In this document: positions 61,601 to 64,000 of the stretch, in pieces
Layout of the letters: the number at the start of each line of letters is the position of its first letter
Position numbering within the stretch: the first letter of the stretch is position 1
NCBI GenBank assembly: GCA_964199315.1
Contig: OZ116698.1
Span: forward strand, 34,038,001-34,102,000
Direction: 5' to 3'
DNA from: Orbicella franksi
Lineage: Eukaryota
Length of the DNA: 64,000 nucleotides
Notes under the pieces: generated by a model
The model's input: the letters and a program-made list of their open reading frames with translations, nothing else
Told to the model about the DNA's origin: nothing
Databases searched by the model: none
Translations under genes and position numbers: made by a program

Positions 61601-63643
61601 TCCTTGAACTGAATTTTATTCTTTTAATGTGTTGTACAAACATTTTATTTTAAACTTGACTCATTAGCTACAAGCTAGGAGCCTAACAAGTTCCAGGTCC
61701 TAGAGTATAAATAAAGCATGTAATAAAACTGTATGCATGTATGTATGAAAGTGAGAAAGAAAACTCCGTCCAGCCTTGAAAAAATATCCATCAATAGATA
61801 ACATGGCCAGTACAGCAAGTCCTTTGGTTAGCAAAATCAGTGATTTCCCGCAGAAAAAAAACTGTCATTTGAATAATTAATTGCTTGCTGTAAGCTCGCT
61901 GTGCAAATTATTTTGTCTCCAATCAACCAGTGGTTTATACCTAACTACAATGACAATATGGATGTTTTACTTCATGAGTCATTCACAGGTGTCAAGTTGG
62001 CAAAGTAATAAGGTTTGTGCCTGAGGATCAGAAATTAGCGGGCTTAGGCTGGTGGTTTGAATCCTATTGTGGACTTTTTTTTTTGAGCTTCTTTTTTGCG
62101 GATGGCTTGTATTTATATAGGTACTGGAAAATAAAAATGTTCAAGCCATAAAGCAATGTAATTACAACAGAAAATGAGACAGTATGGAAATTTGAAACAT
62201 TTGTGGAAGAAAAATGCTTCTCAAGCGCAAAAGGAAGAGTTAAAAGCCACTGTCAAAGTGTTCGACGGATAGAATTATACACCGCCCTTTGTTTCATACC
62301 AAATAGCCTTTAATTTGGGAGTGCTTGTTCGAATCTAAACACGAAAGATCAGTTCATCACTTTGGCAGCCTTCTGACCCATCGACTGACAGGGACCGTCG
62401 ATGCTCTGATTACATGAACACTATCTGGGGATTATGTGTGTATGAACGCACTCTGATTGGCTTTGGAAACTATTCGAGGAATAAGGTTACCTGGAGGAGC
62501 TACAAAAACTATCTGGAGATTAGAGTTACAGATGGACTTACTTACAGAGATGATGACATTAGTGCTATGCCTTTTTGAGGCCGGTGGCCACAAAAACTCA
62601 CATTTCTTGTTACAAAATACATGTACATGTAGGCGCAATACAAAAATCAATGGATTACCGGTAATTCATGATTCCTTAGAGAACAAAATCAAGTCAAAAG
62701 AAAGATTTATAAAGGGTGCAGGTAACCAAAAATGGCTAATGTTTCTATTACTTGAGAAAAACTTTAACTGCTAATTCAACCTTCCTTGCCTTTTCAGTGC
62801 TTACTTTAAAAGCAGAAATCTGAGGGCTCCCTTTATGGCATCAATTAAGTTGTCAAAGTCATCAAAAGTTGATTAAACACAATTTAGCAAGTGAAAATTT
62901 GTTTTGTTTCACTGACTCTCAAACATCAGAGGACTTACTGTGACATAAGATCCAGTTTTCAAAACATATTTAGGAGTGAACTTATAAATGGCCGGTGGTT
63001 CACCATCAATGGATCTTTCTACACTCCATCCACCAAGAGGAAAATCCTGAACAAAACAAACAAAATTACACGGTTGCTATAAATAATCACAGGTTAAAAA
63101 AGAAATATCCAGACACCTCATCCAGCCTGAAATAAAGTTTTTTAAATCACGTCATACCAGGAATGCACAATGGACCAAAATTACGTCTTTCCTGATAGTG
63201 TCTCAAAACTCTTACTTTTGGAAGAACATTATTTTTAAGATCATATGACTTCCTCAGTAAAGCATGTGATAAACACAAAGTGCAAGACACTGCCTACTTT
63301 TATCCAAACAGTTCTTACCCCTCTTGTCAATAGTTTAGACTAAATGTTTACTTTTCCAGGTCTGGAAATCTACCAGTATTCAGAAACTTTTGTTGACAAC
63401 TCCAGACTTTGTAAAAATACTACACAGAAAAACAAGACACACTGTAGATTACTTACTTTAGCACCACTGTTGAAAAGCTTCACATAAGTGCCATCAGCGC
63501 TTGCCTCCTTAATCTGAATATAACCTTGGTTCGAATATTTAGTTCCTATTGTTTCTTCTTCTGTGCGTATACGTTTGGTAGAACGTCTACCAGATTTAGC
63601 AGAAGCTCCAAACACTGGTGATGCTGGGGGAGTGATGTTCAAC
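58658..63643 (-). CDS. Lam: Canonical B-type nuclear lamin, 3' half (rod exons lie beyond the right edge of the window)
   Basis: Exons: 63643-63457 (phase-2 start after the rod-end Arg; LNITPPASP...GRRSTKRIR NLS...GYIQIKEASADGTYVKLFNSGAK), 63046-62939 (108 nt, DFPLGGW...), 60838-60719 (120 nt, IWASQGGG...), 59400-59314 (87 nt), 58690-58658 (GETSKGCLIQ*, CaaX). The 108 and 120 nt LTD exons equal LMNA exons 8 and 9 (recalled). Confidence 0.93.
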
Positions 63644-64000
63644 CTGAAAAAGTACTTTTATTGTTACATGCTTGTTTCATTTATCACCTAATGGCAATTA
63701 ACTTGTAAGCATCTAGTGAAGACTGTGCCCTCCCCTCCCGCCCCCCCTCTGGAGAGTATAAGAATGAGCAGAGAGGTCAGCCAGGGATGTATATAGTTAC
63801 CTGTACCAGTCATGAAAGTTAAAGTCTGTGTTCAAGCTCAGGAGCCTAAAGCCGCAGCTTATCCCAGTTTCCGTAACATGAAGCAACTAGGAATATTTCT
63901 ACTTCTCCCTGGATGCGATGCTTATCCATCGCAGGGTTACCCTCAGCATTAAATTCACCAGGACCCATTTATACACTTGGGTGGAGAGAGACCCGGCCTC

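Overview
Eukaryotic, intron-containing and repeat-rich DNA. The repeat types suggest an anthozoan, probably a stony coral (inference). From left to right: two single-exon paralogous rhodopsin-class neuropeptide-type GPCRs (+; 9818-10909 and 20167-21207); a ~9 kb nest of LINE and DNA-transposon remnants (21.3-30.7 kb); a complete 8-exon metaxin-1/3 gene (-; 31983-37718); and a tandem lamin locus on the minus strand. The 3' half of a canonical B-type lamin (NLS, lamin-tail domain, CaaX = CLIQ) enters from the right edge. About 2 kb downstream of it lies a complete, divergent lamin paralog (ATG 56657), which is the most unusual feature here. Its rod has a tandemly duplicated 126-nt coil-2 exon and an apparent 11-residue deletion. 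One rod is followed by two complete tail cassettes (NLS, LTD, linker, terminal exon and AATAAA each). Cassette A appears to end in -SPCC and cassette B ends in the CaaX box CTIQ. Both cassettes start in the same splice phase, so they look like alternative 3' modules. All exon models were derived by hand from GT-AG sites and reading frame, with no transcript evidence. Comparisons with human lamin A and MTX1 are from memory, not from a database search.
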